Positions 11,389-23,590 are shown, counted from the first letter of the stretch. The stretch: 64,000 nt of DNA from Octopus vulgaris (GCA_951406725.2 OX597826.1:53444001-53508000); one strand, 5' to 3'. Notes: a model not told the origin generated them from the letters alone. Numbers and translations are program-made.

Positions 11389-11805
11389 AAGGCGGCGAGC
11401 TGGCAGAAGCGTTAGCACGCCGGGTGAAATGCTTAGCGGTATTTTGTCTGCCGCTATGTTCTGAGTTCAAATACCACCAAGGTCGACTTTTCCTTTCATC
11501 TTCTTGGGATCGATTAAATAAGTACCAGTTACGCACTGGGGTCGATGTAATCGACTTTATCTGTTTGTCTGTCCTTGTTTGTTCCCTCTGTGTTTAGCCC
11601 CTTGTGGGTAGTAAAGAAATAGGTATTTTGTCTGCTGTTACGTTCTGAGTTCAAATTCCGCTGAGGTCAACTTTGCCTTTCTTCTTTTCGGGGTCGATAA
11701 TTAAGTACCAGTTATGCACTGGGGTTGATGTAATCAACTTAATCCCTTTGTCTGTCCTTGTTTGTCCCCTTTGTGTTTAGCCCCTTGTGGGCAATAAAGA
11801 AATAA
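11389..11805 (+). mobile_element. SINE family B, full copy plus tandem 5'-truncated copy
   Basis: GGCGGCGAGCTGGCAGAA head, GAGTTCAAAT B-box, CCTTTCATC..AAGTACCAG central domain, AAAGAAATAGG tail. Confidence 0.9.
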
Positions 11806-11816
11806 GAAAAATATCT

Positions 11817-12230
11817 GTGGCTGTGTGGTAAGTAGCTTGCTAACCAACCTCATGGTTCCGGGTTCAGTCCCACTGCGTGGCACCTTGGGCAAGTATCTTC
11901 TGCTATAGCCCCGGGCTGACCAAAGCCTTGTGAGTGGATTTGGTAGACGGAAACTGAAAGAAGCCTGTCGTATATATGTATGTATATATATATATGTATG
12001 TGTGTGTGTGTTTGTGTGTCTGTGTTTGTCTCCCTAGCATTGCTTGACAACCGATGCTGGTGTGTTTACGTCCCCGTCACTTAGCGGTTCGGCAAAAGAG
12101 ACCGATAGAATAAGTACTGGGCTTACAAAGAATAAGTCCCGGGATCAATTTGCTCGACTAAAGGCGGGGCTCCAGCATGGCCGCTGTCAAATGACTGAAA
12201 CAAGTAAAAGAGTAAAAGAGTAAAAAGAGT
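11817..12230 (+). mobile_element. SINE family A (young)
   Basis: Near-consensus; flanked by duplicated AATATCT. Confidence 0.9.
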
Positions 12231-12419
12231 AATATCTTAACAAGTTTTCATGTTGAGTCTGTTGATGATTACCCGATTGATTATGATGTGATTCTTATTT
12301 GTGTCTCATTCTCACTCTGAGGAAATATTTAACTCGCTGTTTCAAGATGCAATTTCTAATTTGTAATTAAATGAATTGAGTATGAAAACAATTGTAGGTA
12401 ACAGAGACTTTTGACAATA

Positions 12420-12915
12420 TGTCACTCCCTCCACTAAATCAACATTACCTGTTCAGGTGCAACGGGGTGCCACCTGTCAGATGCATAAGTGATTGCAGAG
12501 CAACATGAAATGAAGTGCTTTGCTCAAGAACACAATGTAATACCTGGTCTGGTAACTGAACCTATAATCTCACAATCATGAGTGCAATACCATAACCTAT
12601 TTCTTTACTACCCACAAGGGGCTAAACACAGAGGGGACAAACAAGGACAGACATAGGTATTAAGTCGATTACATCGACCCCAGTGCGTAACTGGTACTTA
12701 ATTTATCGACCCCGAAAGGATGAAAGGCAAAGTCGACCTCGGCGGAATTTGAACGCACAACGTAACGCAGACGAAATACAGCTAAGCATTTCGCCTGGCG
12801 TGCTAACGTTTCTGCCAGCTCGCCGCCTTCATATTAAGATATTTTTCTATTTTCTTAACATGAAAGCAATGGTAGCCCTTATGCAATACCATAACCACTG
12901 AGCCATGAGCCTTCA
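12420..12915 (-). mobile_element. SINE family D interrupted by a family B SINE (12598-12829) plus captured flank
   Basis: tRNA-like head on the minus strand at 12885-12915; TSD TGCAATACCATAACC at 12583-12597 and 12882-12896. Confidence 0.82.
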
Positions 12916-13579
12916 CACACACACACACATAGAGAGAGAGAGAGAGGGGTGAAAGAATTATGCATTAAAGTCAGACTATCAAAGTCTAAGCTGCAATTGA
13001 TATTACTACTATTAGCTGCATCAGATGTGGCATTTTACAACAAGAATGCAATTTTGCCTGTAGTTCTACACGACTGCACATATGCATGCACATACACATA
13101 CAAATTTCTATAGACTCACACTGCCATACACAGTTATACAGAAACACATACGTACATATATAGATGCACAAAGACACACACACACACATAGAAATTAGAA
13201 GGCATAACTATATAGACATGTATACACACACACACATATAGACATACACAAACTGTTATACATTACAGCCATTCTGTAGCCATGACTTCAGCTGTTTTAA
13301 AACTGGTCACGACTGAATATCGATTGTCCAGCAGCTGGTGTCAATAGTAATCCAAATTTATGAACGGATCATTTACCAACAGCCATGATTTCTTGGGTGA
13401 TAGAAGTGCAAGGAGACAGTCAGTTGTAATTGTTATGGTTGTTGTTGTTGTTGTTGCTGTTTAGTCCAGGTCCGATCTGGATAAGCAAACCTATGATTAG
13501 AAGTATTTAGGCAATATTCATCTCATCAATTTATCAGGTTATACACACATGTGTATGTAATATATATATATATATATAC

Positions 13580-13742
13580 ATATTTGTGAAAGAGAACAAC
13601 AAATGCTGAAGCATAACAAGCATCTCAATTCATATACATTATTTCATATTATTCTGAAATTATTTAAGAATAATATAAAAGAATGTGTTTGAATCAAGAT
13701 GCTTGTTATGCCTCAGCATTTGTTATCCTCTTTCACAAATAT
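13580..13742. repeat. Foldback palindrome (~75-bp arms)
   Basis: ATATTTGTGAAAGAG..AAATGCTGAAGCATAACAAGCATCT pairs with AGATGCTTGTTATGCCTCAGCATTTG..CTCTTTCACAAATAT. Confidence 0.9.
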
Positions 13743-13743
13743 A

Positions 13744-14147
13744 TCTTTATATATAAAAGAGAGGTTGTGTGTCTGTCTCCTACGATTTAGATTCCTAACT
13801 ACTCCCACATTTTGCGGTGCAGTTTAACATTTTGCGGTGCAGTATCTTATAGTCGTGATTCATATCAAGCCCTTCTGGGTATTAGCGCGCGTCTATGATG
13901 AGTCTACGATTTAAAAAAAATTTACCATCATTTTTTTCCATTTTAATGCATTTTTTTCGCTATTAAATAAGGGAAGTAACTCTCTCAAAATGTCTACGAT
14001 GAGTCAACGATTTAAAAAAAACTTTACCATCAATTTTTTTTTCCATTTTTAATGCATTTTTTTGCTATCTTTTGGCTATAACTCTCTAAAAATGCTTATA
14101 TAGTTATTTCCCTTACAAACCTGAGCAACACCGGGCGATACTGCTAG
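13744..14147 (+). mobile_element. Non-autonomous Helitron, copy 2
   Basis: A|TC...hairpin-CTAG|T; internal ~95-bp tandem duplication also present in copy 3. Confidence 0.88.
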
Positions 14148-14284
14148 TATCTACTAAATAAGAAACCTAAAATGAATCCATAGCTCCCTTCATATTTATG
14201 AGCTTGGAACCATAACCCATTACAGCAGTTACCCAGCGTACCTATTCATCTAGATCACCAATGAACTAAACCTCCATATTCTGT

Positions 14285-14577
14285 ATATATATATATCATC
14301 ATCATCATCATATATCTACATATATATATATCATCATCATCATCATATATCTACATATATATATATCATCATCATCATTATCATCGTTTAACGTCCACTT
14401 CCATGCTAGCATGGGTTGGCGATTTGACTGAGGACTGGCGAACCAGATGGCTGCACCAGGCTCCAATCTGATCTGGCAGAGTTTCTAAAGCTGGATGCCC
14501 TTCGTAACGACAACCACTCCAAAAGTGTAGTGGGTGCTTTTACATACCACTGGAATGAGGACCAGTCAGGTGGTACT
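14285..14577 (-). mobile_element. Family C element with triplicated TA/CAT tail junction
   Basis: (TA)n(CAT)n unit occurs three times, then the family C body. Confidence 0.8.
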
Positions 14578-14724
14578 ATATATATATAAATAGATAGATA
14601 GATAGATAGATATGTTGATGCAAACAGAAAAATTAGAATTCAAAATATGGGGTTTTTCTTTTAGCAACAGAGTGATTCAAGATCCGAGAATTTTATGTGT
14701 TGGTATCACACACACATACACAGG

Positions 14725-15015
14725 TGGAGGGTGTATGGCCCAGTGGTTAGGGTGTTGCACTCTGATGATCGTGAGATCATGGTTTCAATTCCTAGACTGT
14801 ATTGTGTTCTTGAGCAAAACACTTCATCTCACATTGCTCTGTGACCACATCAACACCTGATGCATGGTACAATATGAACATGTTCAGGCAATGTTGATTT
14901 GAAGGAAAGAGTGAGCTAATGGGCAGCATGAACATTTGATCACTATAAACTAATCATATGTACAGGCTGTTCAGCAAAAGTTGAACGCTCATATGTTATC
15001 TTCAAGGAGAGTGAC
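14725..15015 (+). mobile_element. tRNA-derived SINE family D
   Basis: TGGCCCAGTGGTTAGG A-box, GGTTTCAATTCC B-box, GTGTTCTTGAGCAAAACACTT core. Confidence 0.78.
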
Positions 15016-15179
15016 AATCATATATATATATATATATCTTTCATTCCCCCTCTCTCACATTTCTTTGCCTTCTCTTCTTACTCACTTTCCCTCCACTTTT
15101 CACTTCACTGTGTCCCTGTCTTTTTTTCTCACTCCTCCTTAATTCTTCTGTCCCTCTGCTTCTACTTCTCTCTCTTCTC

Positions 15180-15495
15180 TTCCCACATGACTGCCGGCCA
15201 GCCTAGCGTGTTCTTTCTTTTTTGGTCTGACCACTGTCCATCAATATTCAATTTTTCACCCTTATTATTTTAAATTTTAATTTATTTACAAATATGTGTA
15301 TATACACATGTGAAACCATTAATCGAGACATTTTTATCTCTCCCTTCCCCCCCCATCTCTCTTGATGTTTTCTTTCCTCATTCCTTTCTGTAGAAGAGTA
15401 CATGCTCAAAACATCAAAGCCTCTTCCACTTTCCCTGAGTATCAACCTACTAATACACTTTGTTTGTTGTCCTCTCACCTGTCTATCTTTGTTTT
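15180..15495 (+). mobile_element. Penelope pLTR-like relic with degenerate hammerhead motif (15384-15419)
   Basis: Shares TCTGACCACTGTCC with 8389; CTTT-CTGTAGA-A-GAG-tacatg-CTC-AAAA-CATC-AAAG. Confidence 0.55.
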
Positions 15496-15521
15496 ATATA
15501 TATATATTTGTGTGAGTGTGC

Positions 15522-15553
<32 letters not shown>

Positions 15554-15954
15554 AAATAGATAGATAGATGATAGATAGGTAGATAAAGAGATATGTATGT
15601 ATATTATTTGTTCATATGCATATGGAAAGAGTATGTAACATTTCCAGCCAATCAGATGTAAAGAAAAGAGAGGCAGAGATAGATGAATTGAAATAATGAG
15701 TTGTTTTTACCAAACTATTAATTTGTAAAGGTCATATTTAGGGACTGTAAAGGTTAACATGAGACCAGAAGTAGTTATGAATGAAAGCTTATTTTATGAA
15801 AATAAGCTAAACATTGACTTTATGGTAAACAACCTATAAAAATATCTTTCTGTCTTTTCTTGTGGGTGTTGTTGATCTGTTTATGTATATATTTATTTGT
15901 TATATAAAGATGCGTGGTTATATGTCTGCATCTCTCTCTCTCTCTGAGTCCCAC

Positions 15955-15994
<40 letters not shown>

Positions 15995-16074
15995 TATGTA
16001 TATGCATAAATATATATATACATACAAATATATGTATGTATGTATCTATCTATCTATATATATATGTATTATAT

Positions 16075-16440
16075 AGGTGTGACTGTGTAGTAAGAATTTT
16101 GCTTTCCAACCACATGGTTCCAGGTTCTGTTCCATTGCATGGCACCTTGGGCAAGACTTCTATTAAAGCCTTGTGAGTGGATTTGGAAGATGGAAACTGA
16201 AAGAAGTCTGTTGTGTGTATATATATTTATATATATATATATATATATTTATGTATCTATGTGTGTTTTTGTGCATGTGTTTGTTCCCCACCATCACTTG
16301 GCAACTGGTGTTGGTTTGTTTACATTCATGTAACTTTGTGATTCAGTAAAAAGGCCGACAAAATAAGTACAAGGCTTAAAAAATGAATACTAGGGTTGAG
16401 TTGTTTGACTAAACTCTTCACAGTGGTGCCCCAGCATTTG
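16075..16440 (+). mobile_element. SINE family A, diverged
   Basis: Colinear with other family A copies. Confidence 0.85.
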
Positions 16441-16452
16441 CATGAATCTACA

Positions 16453-16760
16453 TATGAGGGGTACTGCAAAGTTCCTGGCTTTAAGGGTATCACAAAAGGC
16501 CTGGTTGAAAGCCCAACTTTTCAGCCTCCCTTTGCATATATATATATATATATATGAAGGGGTGCTGAAAGGTTTTTGGCTTTAAGCGTACCACAAAAGG
16601 CCTGGTTGGAGGCCCAATGTTCTGAGTTCTTTTACAGGGCTTAGAAAAACTGAAGGACCGCTGCAATAAGTGTGTGAACCCTGAGAGGGGCATATGTTGA
16701 ATAAAATCATAATTAACTGATCCTCTTGTATTTTCACTTACCCAAAGCCAAGAACTTTGA
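16453..16760 (+). mobile_element. mariner-like non-autonomous element (duplicated left end)
   Basis: TA-TGAGGGG..AAAGTTCCTGGCTTT TIR-like end occurs twice; residual peptide QGLEKLKDRCNKCVN..RGAYVE* matches the mariner transposase C-terminus. Confidence 0.8.
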
Positions 16761-17159
16761 TATATGTGTGTGTGTTTTTTTTTATTCGTTCAATTTATAT
16801 CCCTTTGCCATGCTGGTGTGTATTAGATGGATATATATTGCTAAAACATTATTTTTTTGTGGTTGCATGCTCTTCCTGTCATCAACCTTTGAGTTTTCAG
16901 TCTGAACATCTTTGAAAGTACAAACCTGCTAAATGATGTGTCAATAGGGAAAACGTTGTCAAAAGTCTCCATCTGTAATGCAGCAATTTTTTTTCAGAGA
17001 AGTGCGGAATGTAAGCATTCATAGACACACCCTCCCACATACATGCACTAACACACATTCATAGACATATATACATACACATACATGTACATCCGATGGG
17101 TTTTGTGCAGCTTCTATCAACTGAATTCACCCAGGGACAGTAGTTTTTGAGGGTAAGGA

Positions 17160-18295
17160 AAGTGGATTACAGTGTTCAACTGGCACTTATTTTATCAACC
17201 ATAAAAGGATGAAAGGCAGAGTTGACCTCAGAAGAATTTTAACTCGGAATGTAAAGACAGATAAAATGCTGTTAGGCAGTTTTCACAGTGTACTAATGAC
17301 CCTGCCCTCTTGTCGCCTTATTAAATACGGGATCATTGGTTTCACATCACCTGTTATTTACAATATGGTGGAACACCTATAAGTTTTATTTTTTAGGGGG
17401 CTTGGAGTAATAATCCTTTCTACTATAGGCACATTAGGAGGAGGGGGCTGGTTGATTATATAGGCCCCAGTGCTCCACTGGTACTTATTTCATCAACCCC
17501 GAAAGGACGAAAGGTAAAGTCAACCTTGGTGGAATTTGAACTCAGAATGTGATGATAAACGAAATGCCACTAAGCATTTTGTCCAGTGTGCTAATGATTC
17601 TGCTGGCTCATTACCTTCATAATAATAATAATAATAATAATAATGATAATAATAATAATTATTATTATTGTGATACCAGTGCCGGTGGCACGTAAGAGAA
17701 CCATCCGAACGTGGCCGTTGCCAGTGCCGCCCCGACTGGCCTCCGTGCCAGTGGCAGGTAAAAAGCACCATCTGATTGTGGTCATTGCCAGCCTCGTCTG
17801 GCCCCCGTGCCAGTGGCACGTAAAAAGCACTGTCCGATCTTGGCCGTTTGCCAGCCTTGTCTGGCACGTACAGGTGACACATAAAAAGCACCCACTACAC
17901 TCACAGAGTGGTTGGCGTTAGGAAGGGCATCCAGCTGTAGAAACACTACCAGATCAGACTGGGCCTGGCGCAGCCTTCTGGCTTCCCAGACCCCAGCTGA
18001 ACCGTCCAACCCATGCTAGCATGGAAAACGGACGTTAAACGATAATGATGATGATTATTATTATTCTGCCAGCTCATCACCTTTGTCCTACTATAAGCAC
18101 AAGGCTTGAAATTTCAGGGATTGGGACTAGTCGATTACATCAACCCCAGTGTTTCACTGGTACTTAATTTATCAACCCTGGAAGGAGGAAAGGCAAAGTC
18201 GATCTAGTAGAATTTGAACTTAGAATGTAGCAACAGGCAAAATGCTGCTAAGTATTTCATCAAGTGTGCTATCGATTCTACCAGCTGGCTCCCTT
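17160..18295. mobile_element. Cluster of three diverged family B SINEs (minus) and one family C element (17675-18052, plus)
   Basis: Repeated GAATTTGAACT/GAAAGGCAAAGT motifs; the family C copy has internal GTGCCAGTGGCACGTAAAAAGCAC repeats and a (GAT)n tail. Confidence 0.82.
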
Positions 18296-18421
18296 TTTGT
18301 TCTTAAAATAATAATAATAATTATCATAATTTGCTCCCTAAAACTTATCACTTGTGCTAGACAACTGTGCTTTCCACTCCATTCTGCTTCTTCATTATAT
18401 TTTATGCTACACTCTCTAAAC

Positions 18422-19251
18422 CAGAAGTTCTCAAACTTTTTGTGCCACCATAATATCCTCAGCACCCACCCCCTATTTTTATGTATAAATAAATATTTTA
18501 TTGCAAATACCATAAGGGCACAGAAAGTGTGCCTAAAGCCAGCTGGAGACGATGATCCCCTGGGGCTAAAAGCTACAGTAACACCCACGCTTAGCGGTTA
18601 GCCATATTGAGATGGCTAGTATACTTTACGTTAAATATTTTATATTTTACTAATTTACATATACTATGACTCATTTGATATTTAATATAATATTATCTAA
18701 TTTGTATATAATACAATAATAATAGAAATATTAAAATTTCTAAGTCTCTCTAAAGGAGACTACGGCAGCGGTACTGGATATTAATAGTTATTGCCAAGCT
18801 AATATGGCAGTCCATAAATATATTTTTGAAAACCAGTGGATGTATTCCACTGAATTTAAGTAAATAATCCTTCGAACAAATGGTTAGTAGTGATGCCTGC
18901 TGGGTTCGGCTGCTCTGCATTGATAGGGGGCAAATACACTGAAACTAGTCCACAGATGCCTGACCAGCAAGGGGAAGCAGCTGACCTCCTCTGTTTGAAG
19001 GTTATAATGGACACAGGGTCGTGTGTCACATAGCTAGCTAGAGGCGATGGCCTCTTGGAGCTAATCAATGGCAGCATTCGTCCTATATTTCTGGACTGCC
19101 ATATTAACTTGGCGATAACTATTAATAATACTATAATAATATTATAATAAATTCACAGCATCCCTAATCAATTGCTTTCCTCCCAACACCTCCTTTTTCT
19201 CTACTGCCTCCCTGTCTCCTTAGGCACCAACACTCACTTTGAGAACCCACG
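18422..19251. mobile_element. hAT (Charlie-like) non-autonomous element
   Basis: Perfect 8-bp TSD CTCTAAAC (18414-18421, 19252-19259); ends CAGAAGTTCTCAAA / TTTGAGAACCCACG. Confidence 0.82.
18779..19127. mobile_element. MITE with ~43-bp TIRs nested in the hAT element
   Basis: TATTAATAGTTATTGCCAAGCTAATATGGCAGTCCA pairs with TGGACTGCCATATTAACTTGGCGATAACTATTAATA. Confidence 0.82.
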
Positions 19252-19839
19252 CTCTAAACAATGCCAAATATAACATCAAATGCTGCCCGTGGACTATTCC
19301 TGTAGTCTTCTAGAACTATGTGAGACAAAACGCAACAGACACACACACACAAAGTTTTTCAAGAGAATTTATTATGGCTATAGAGATGTCCCTTCCACCC
19401 AAACTAATAAATAAAATAATACACAAACTCCTGTTTGATCAGCTTTTGTATTTGCAACTTTAATTATTTAATCATTAACCCTGTTCAGCATTCAGTGAAA
19501 AAGAACTATCATCATCAACATTGGCATCACTACAGACATCGTTATAATCATCATCATCACCACCACTACCAACACCACCATCACCAACAACAGCAATACC
19601 ATTGATTTTATACTTAAAATGAATGAGGTTTTGTTTCTTCCTTTTTCAGAGACAAAATACCTGTCAAGAAAGATGGAGGAGGAATGGGATGGGAAGGAGA
19701 GAAATTTAGAGATTGTGAGACATTCATGCATTTCTGAAGCATGTATGTAAGTGATGTGATATAGTTACAACTTTAAAGGGTGTTGTAGGTTTATTGAAAA
19801 CCTGTATATTACTGCTATGGTATCAATATTTATATTGAC

Positions 19840-20792
19840 AAGGCGGCAAGCTGGCAGAAACGTTAGCATACCGGGCAAAATGCGTAACCGTATTTCGCCT
19901 GTCTTTATGTTCTGAGTTCAAATTCCACCAAGGTTGACTTTGCCTTTCATCCTTTTGGGGTACCAGCTGCATACTGAGGTTGATCTAATCGACTGGCCAC
20001 CTCCCCAAAAATTTCAGCCTTGTGCCCAGAGTAGAAAAGAATATTGATATTGACTTTTATTTTTTATCTTTTGCAAGTTTCAATCATCAGACTGCAGCCA
20101 TGCTTTAAAGAATCTATAGTTAAATGACTTGACCCCAGTATTAATTTTTAAAAATTTTAAACCTGGTACTCATTCTCTTGGTCTCAGTGAAATTTGAACT
20201 CAGGAAATAAAGATGGATGAAATACCACTAACCATTTTATCTGATCATCATCATCAACATTTAATGTCCGCTTTCCATGCTGGCATGAGCTGGACAGTTT
20301 GACTGAAGACTGGGAGGCCAGAAGGCTGCACCAGGCTTCACTCTGATCTGGCAAAGTTGCAACAGCTGGATGCCCTTCCTAACACCAACCACTCCAGGAG
20401 TGTAGGGGATGTCTTTTACACACCACTGGCACGAGAGCCAGTCAGGCAGTACTGGCATCAAGCACACTCGAATGGTGCTTTTTACGTGCCACCTGATGAT
20501 ACCATCAGCTTACCTCCTTCCAAATAATTCTTTTGCCGAACCACTAAGTTACAGGGATGTAAACACACCAACACCGGTTGTTAGGTGGTGAAGGACAAAC
20601 ACACACACACACACACACACATACATATATACAATGAGCTTCTTTCAGTTTCCATCTACCAAATCAACACACAAAGTTTTAGTTGACCCGAGGGTATAGT
20701 AGAAGACACTTGCCCAAAGTGCCATGCAGTGGGACTGAACCTGGAACATTGTAGTTGAGAAGCAAGCATACCATGCAGTCACACCTGTGCCT
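19840..20792. mobile_element. Nested SINE cluster: B(+) 19840-20040, A/B fragments, C 20245-20495, A(-) 20525-20792
   Basis: Family-diagnostic motifs as in the other copies. Confidence 0.8.
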
Positions 20793-21869
20793 ATAGAGAA
20801 TAACACCATAAGTTTACTCAACTGCAACAGCAACATATAAATCCTTACATTTTGTTTTTGCTATGGGAGCTCAGTGAAGTTTATTCATATCTTGCTTTTT
20901 ATCTCTCAAGCAATGGTGCAGTGAAATATGAATATGTATGAACCAAAGTTGGGTTGTGTGCATGTGTATGTGTACATGTATATGTAAAGAGTGTGTGGAT
21001 GTGTGTTTGTGTGTGTGGGGGGGCTGTTAGATCATCATTAGCTCAATTCAATATCGATGAGTATAACATCTAACAAGACTAAAGTTGCCATATTACAAGG
21101 TTGTTACAATTGAAGGCTTCAGTGATTACAGCACAGATCACGCCGACATTGGCAAATGCTAAATTTAGACCAGTGTTGCCATGTTAGAGAGTGAGGCTGT
21201 AATGTCAGTGGCTGGAGTCTGTAGGTTATACTGTTGGTTATTAATATTTGTTTTTAGTTTATTTTTATCTTAATATTTTTTTCTTAATTTTTGTTTCACA
21301 TTTGTGGAAAACGGTGGCAAGTTCATTGCATTAAGGTTCAATGTTCAGTGGAAAGGAAATAACTATAATCAACATCATCATCATCATTGCCATTAACATC
21401 ATTATCATCATCATCATCCTCTTCATTATTATCATAATTGCCATCATCCTCATTATTACCTTCATTATCATCATTAGCTTTGTTGCCATCATTATCACCA
21501 CCACCATCAATGACAAATAACACCATTTTATTATGCTCAAAAACAATGCTTTATTATTATTTTCTTTTTTTTTTTTGTAGTAACAAAATGCCTAAGTTGA
21601 GAAAGATGGAGGCGGGATGGGATGAGGAGAAAATCTGAGAGAGTGTGTGACATTCATGGATTCCCCAAGGATGAATATAAGTGATGTGAAATGGATACAA
21701 TATCAAATTAAAACTCACCTCTCTACCATACCAGACACCTGAAAATGTTTCTTATATTGGTATAACAACAGAGAATTTAAGATGGCTTGTTTATGCTAAC
21801 AACAACAACAATAACAATCATCTATATTGTTATCACGGCGACAGTTATATTGTTATCAAAGAGTCATTA

Positions 21870-22750
21870 GAGACTTGGATAGAATGCCTTGCAGTGTTTT
21901 TTCTCTCCCTCTGCATCTTGAGTTCAAATCTCGTCAAGATCAACTTTTCATTCTTTTGGGGTCGATTATTATTTGTAGGCCATTTAAATAGTCTTTTGTG
22001 TCACAATTTAATTTTTGCTTACACAAGCATTGACAGTGACAAACAACTTTGCCAATTTGCTACTTGAATAATGCTTTATGTTTTCTACCATACGCACACA
22101 AACGTTGAAATTTTGGAGGAGGTGGATAGTCAATTACATCAACCTCAGCACTCAAATGGTACTTATTTCCAGGGACCCAAGAAAGGATAAAATGCAAAGT
22201 TGACCTCAGTGAAATTTGAACTCAGAACATAAAGAGGGACAAAATGCCTATTTCTTTACTACCCACAAGGGGCTAAACACAGAGAGGACGAACAAGGACA
22301 GACAAACGGATTAAGTCAATTACATCGACCACAGTGCGTAACTGGTACTTAATTTATCGACCCCGAAAGGATGAAAGGCAAAGTCGACCTCGGTGGAATT
22401 TGAACTCAGAACGTAACGGCAGACGAAATACTGTTAAGCATTTCGCCTGGCGTGCTAACGTTTCTGCCAGCTCACCACCAATCATTTTATCTGCTGTACC
22501 AATGATACTTTCGGCTTGCCTCCTTCTAAATAATTCTTTTAAATTTTAGTAGAAGGGCAAGCAATTTTTAGGGGAAGGAGTAAGCCGATTACATCTACAT
22601 CAGTACCCAGCTGGTATTTATTTTATCGACCTGAGAAGAATCAAAGGTAAAGTCGACTTCAGCAGCATTTGAACCCCAAAGGGATAGAGCTGGATGAAAT
22701 GCTGTCAAGCATTTTCTCTAGCATGCTAACAACTCTTCTCGCTCATCAGC
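21870..22750. mobile_element. Family B SINE cluster, including a young minus-strand copy at 22248-22480
   Basis: Family B motifs. Confidence 0.82.
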
Positions 22751-22988
22751 ATTTGCTGGTTTAATAATATCAGTCGCTGTAGAAAACTCAGTATGAATCC
22801 AGTTTCAAACAATGTTTTAGAAATGAAAACAGTAAAAAAAAAACAGAACAAAATGAAAAGAAATATTAAAATTAGAATTAGTTTATTTTTCCCATTTTAG
22901 TTGTATTTCTTTTGCATTGAACAAAGTGAACCAAGATGAAATTTTCTAGAAACCAGGAGAAACAATAGCAACAACAACAACAGTTATG

Positions 22989-23033
<45 letters not shown>

Positions 23034-23212
23034 GATCGCTTAATAACCAGGCTTTAAGCCCCCTTTTTTTTTTCTTTTAATCAAGGTAAGTAGAGTTAAG
23101 AGCCTTATCCAGAAACATAATGCAATACTTGTAGCAGAAATATAAAAAAAGACAAAAAACAACAAAAACAATAACCCATCAGATGAGTCTGATAGCTTTT
23201 ATTTACACCTCA

Positions 23213-23264
<52 letters not shown>

Positions 23265-23387
23265 CAACAGCAACAATAATCATGTAGATGATGAAGATGA
23301 TGATGACAATGATGATGATTTAATGAAAGCAAGAAAAGCAATATTATCATTATTATTATTATTATTATTATTATTGTTATTATCATC

Positions 23388-23590
23388 AAGGCAGTGGAGT
23401 GGCAGCAACAGTGGAGGTGACAGACTAAATTCTAGCATTCAGTTTCTATCATCTATGCTCTGATTTCAAATTCCACCTGCTGGAGTTGACTTTGTTTATC
23501 CTTGTGGGGAATGGATGGGGGAGGTGTAGGACGTGGTGGTGGGCGGGGGGTCAATAAAATAAGTACCAGTCAGACATGTGGGGAATAGAT
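23388..23590 (+). mobile_element. Diverged family B SINE within (AAT)n/(ATT)n tracts
   Basis: AAGGCAGTGGAGTGGCAG head, TTCAAATTCC, AATAAGTACCAG. Confidence 0.65.

Noticed and set aside
12683-12901. Duplicated ORF MRNWYLIYRPRKDERQSRPR (also 22334)
   Set aside because: Antisense translation of SINE family B
17675-17895. Repeated GTGCCAGTGGCACGTAAAAAGCAC units with spacers, superficially CRISPR-like
   Set aside because: Eukaryotic retroelement-internal repeats; spacers are homologous to each other and there are no cas genes
21735-21800. SYIGITT peptide suggesting GIY-YIG
   Set aside because: Isolated tripeptide match without the upstream GIY or downstream Arg/His motifs
23083-23091. Perfect plus-strand donor AAGGTAAGT
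   Set aside because: No plausible exon upstream; expected by chance in 64 kb of AT-rich DNA
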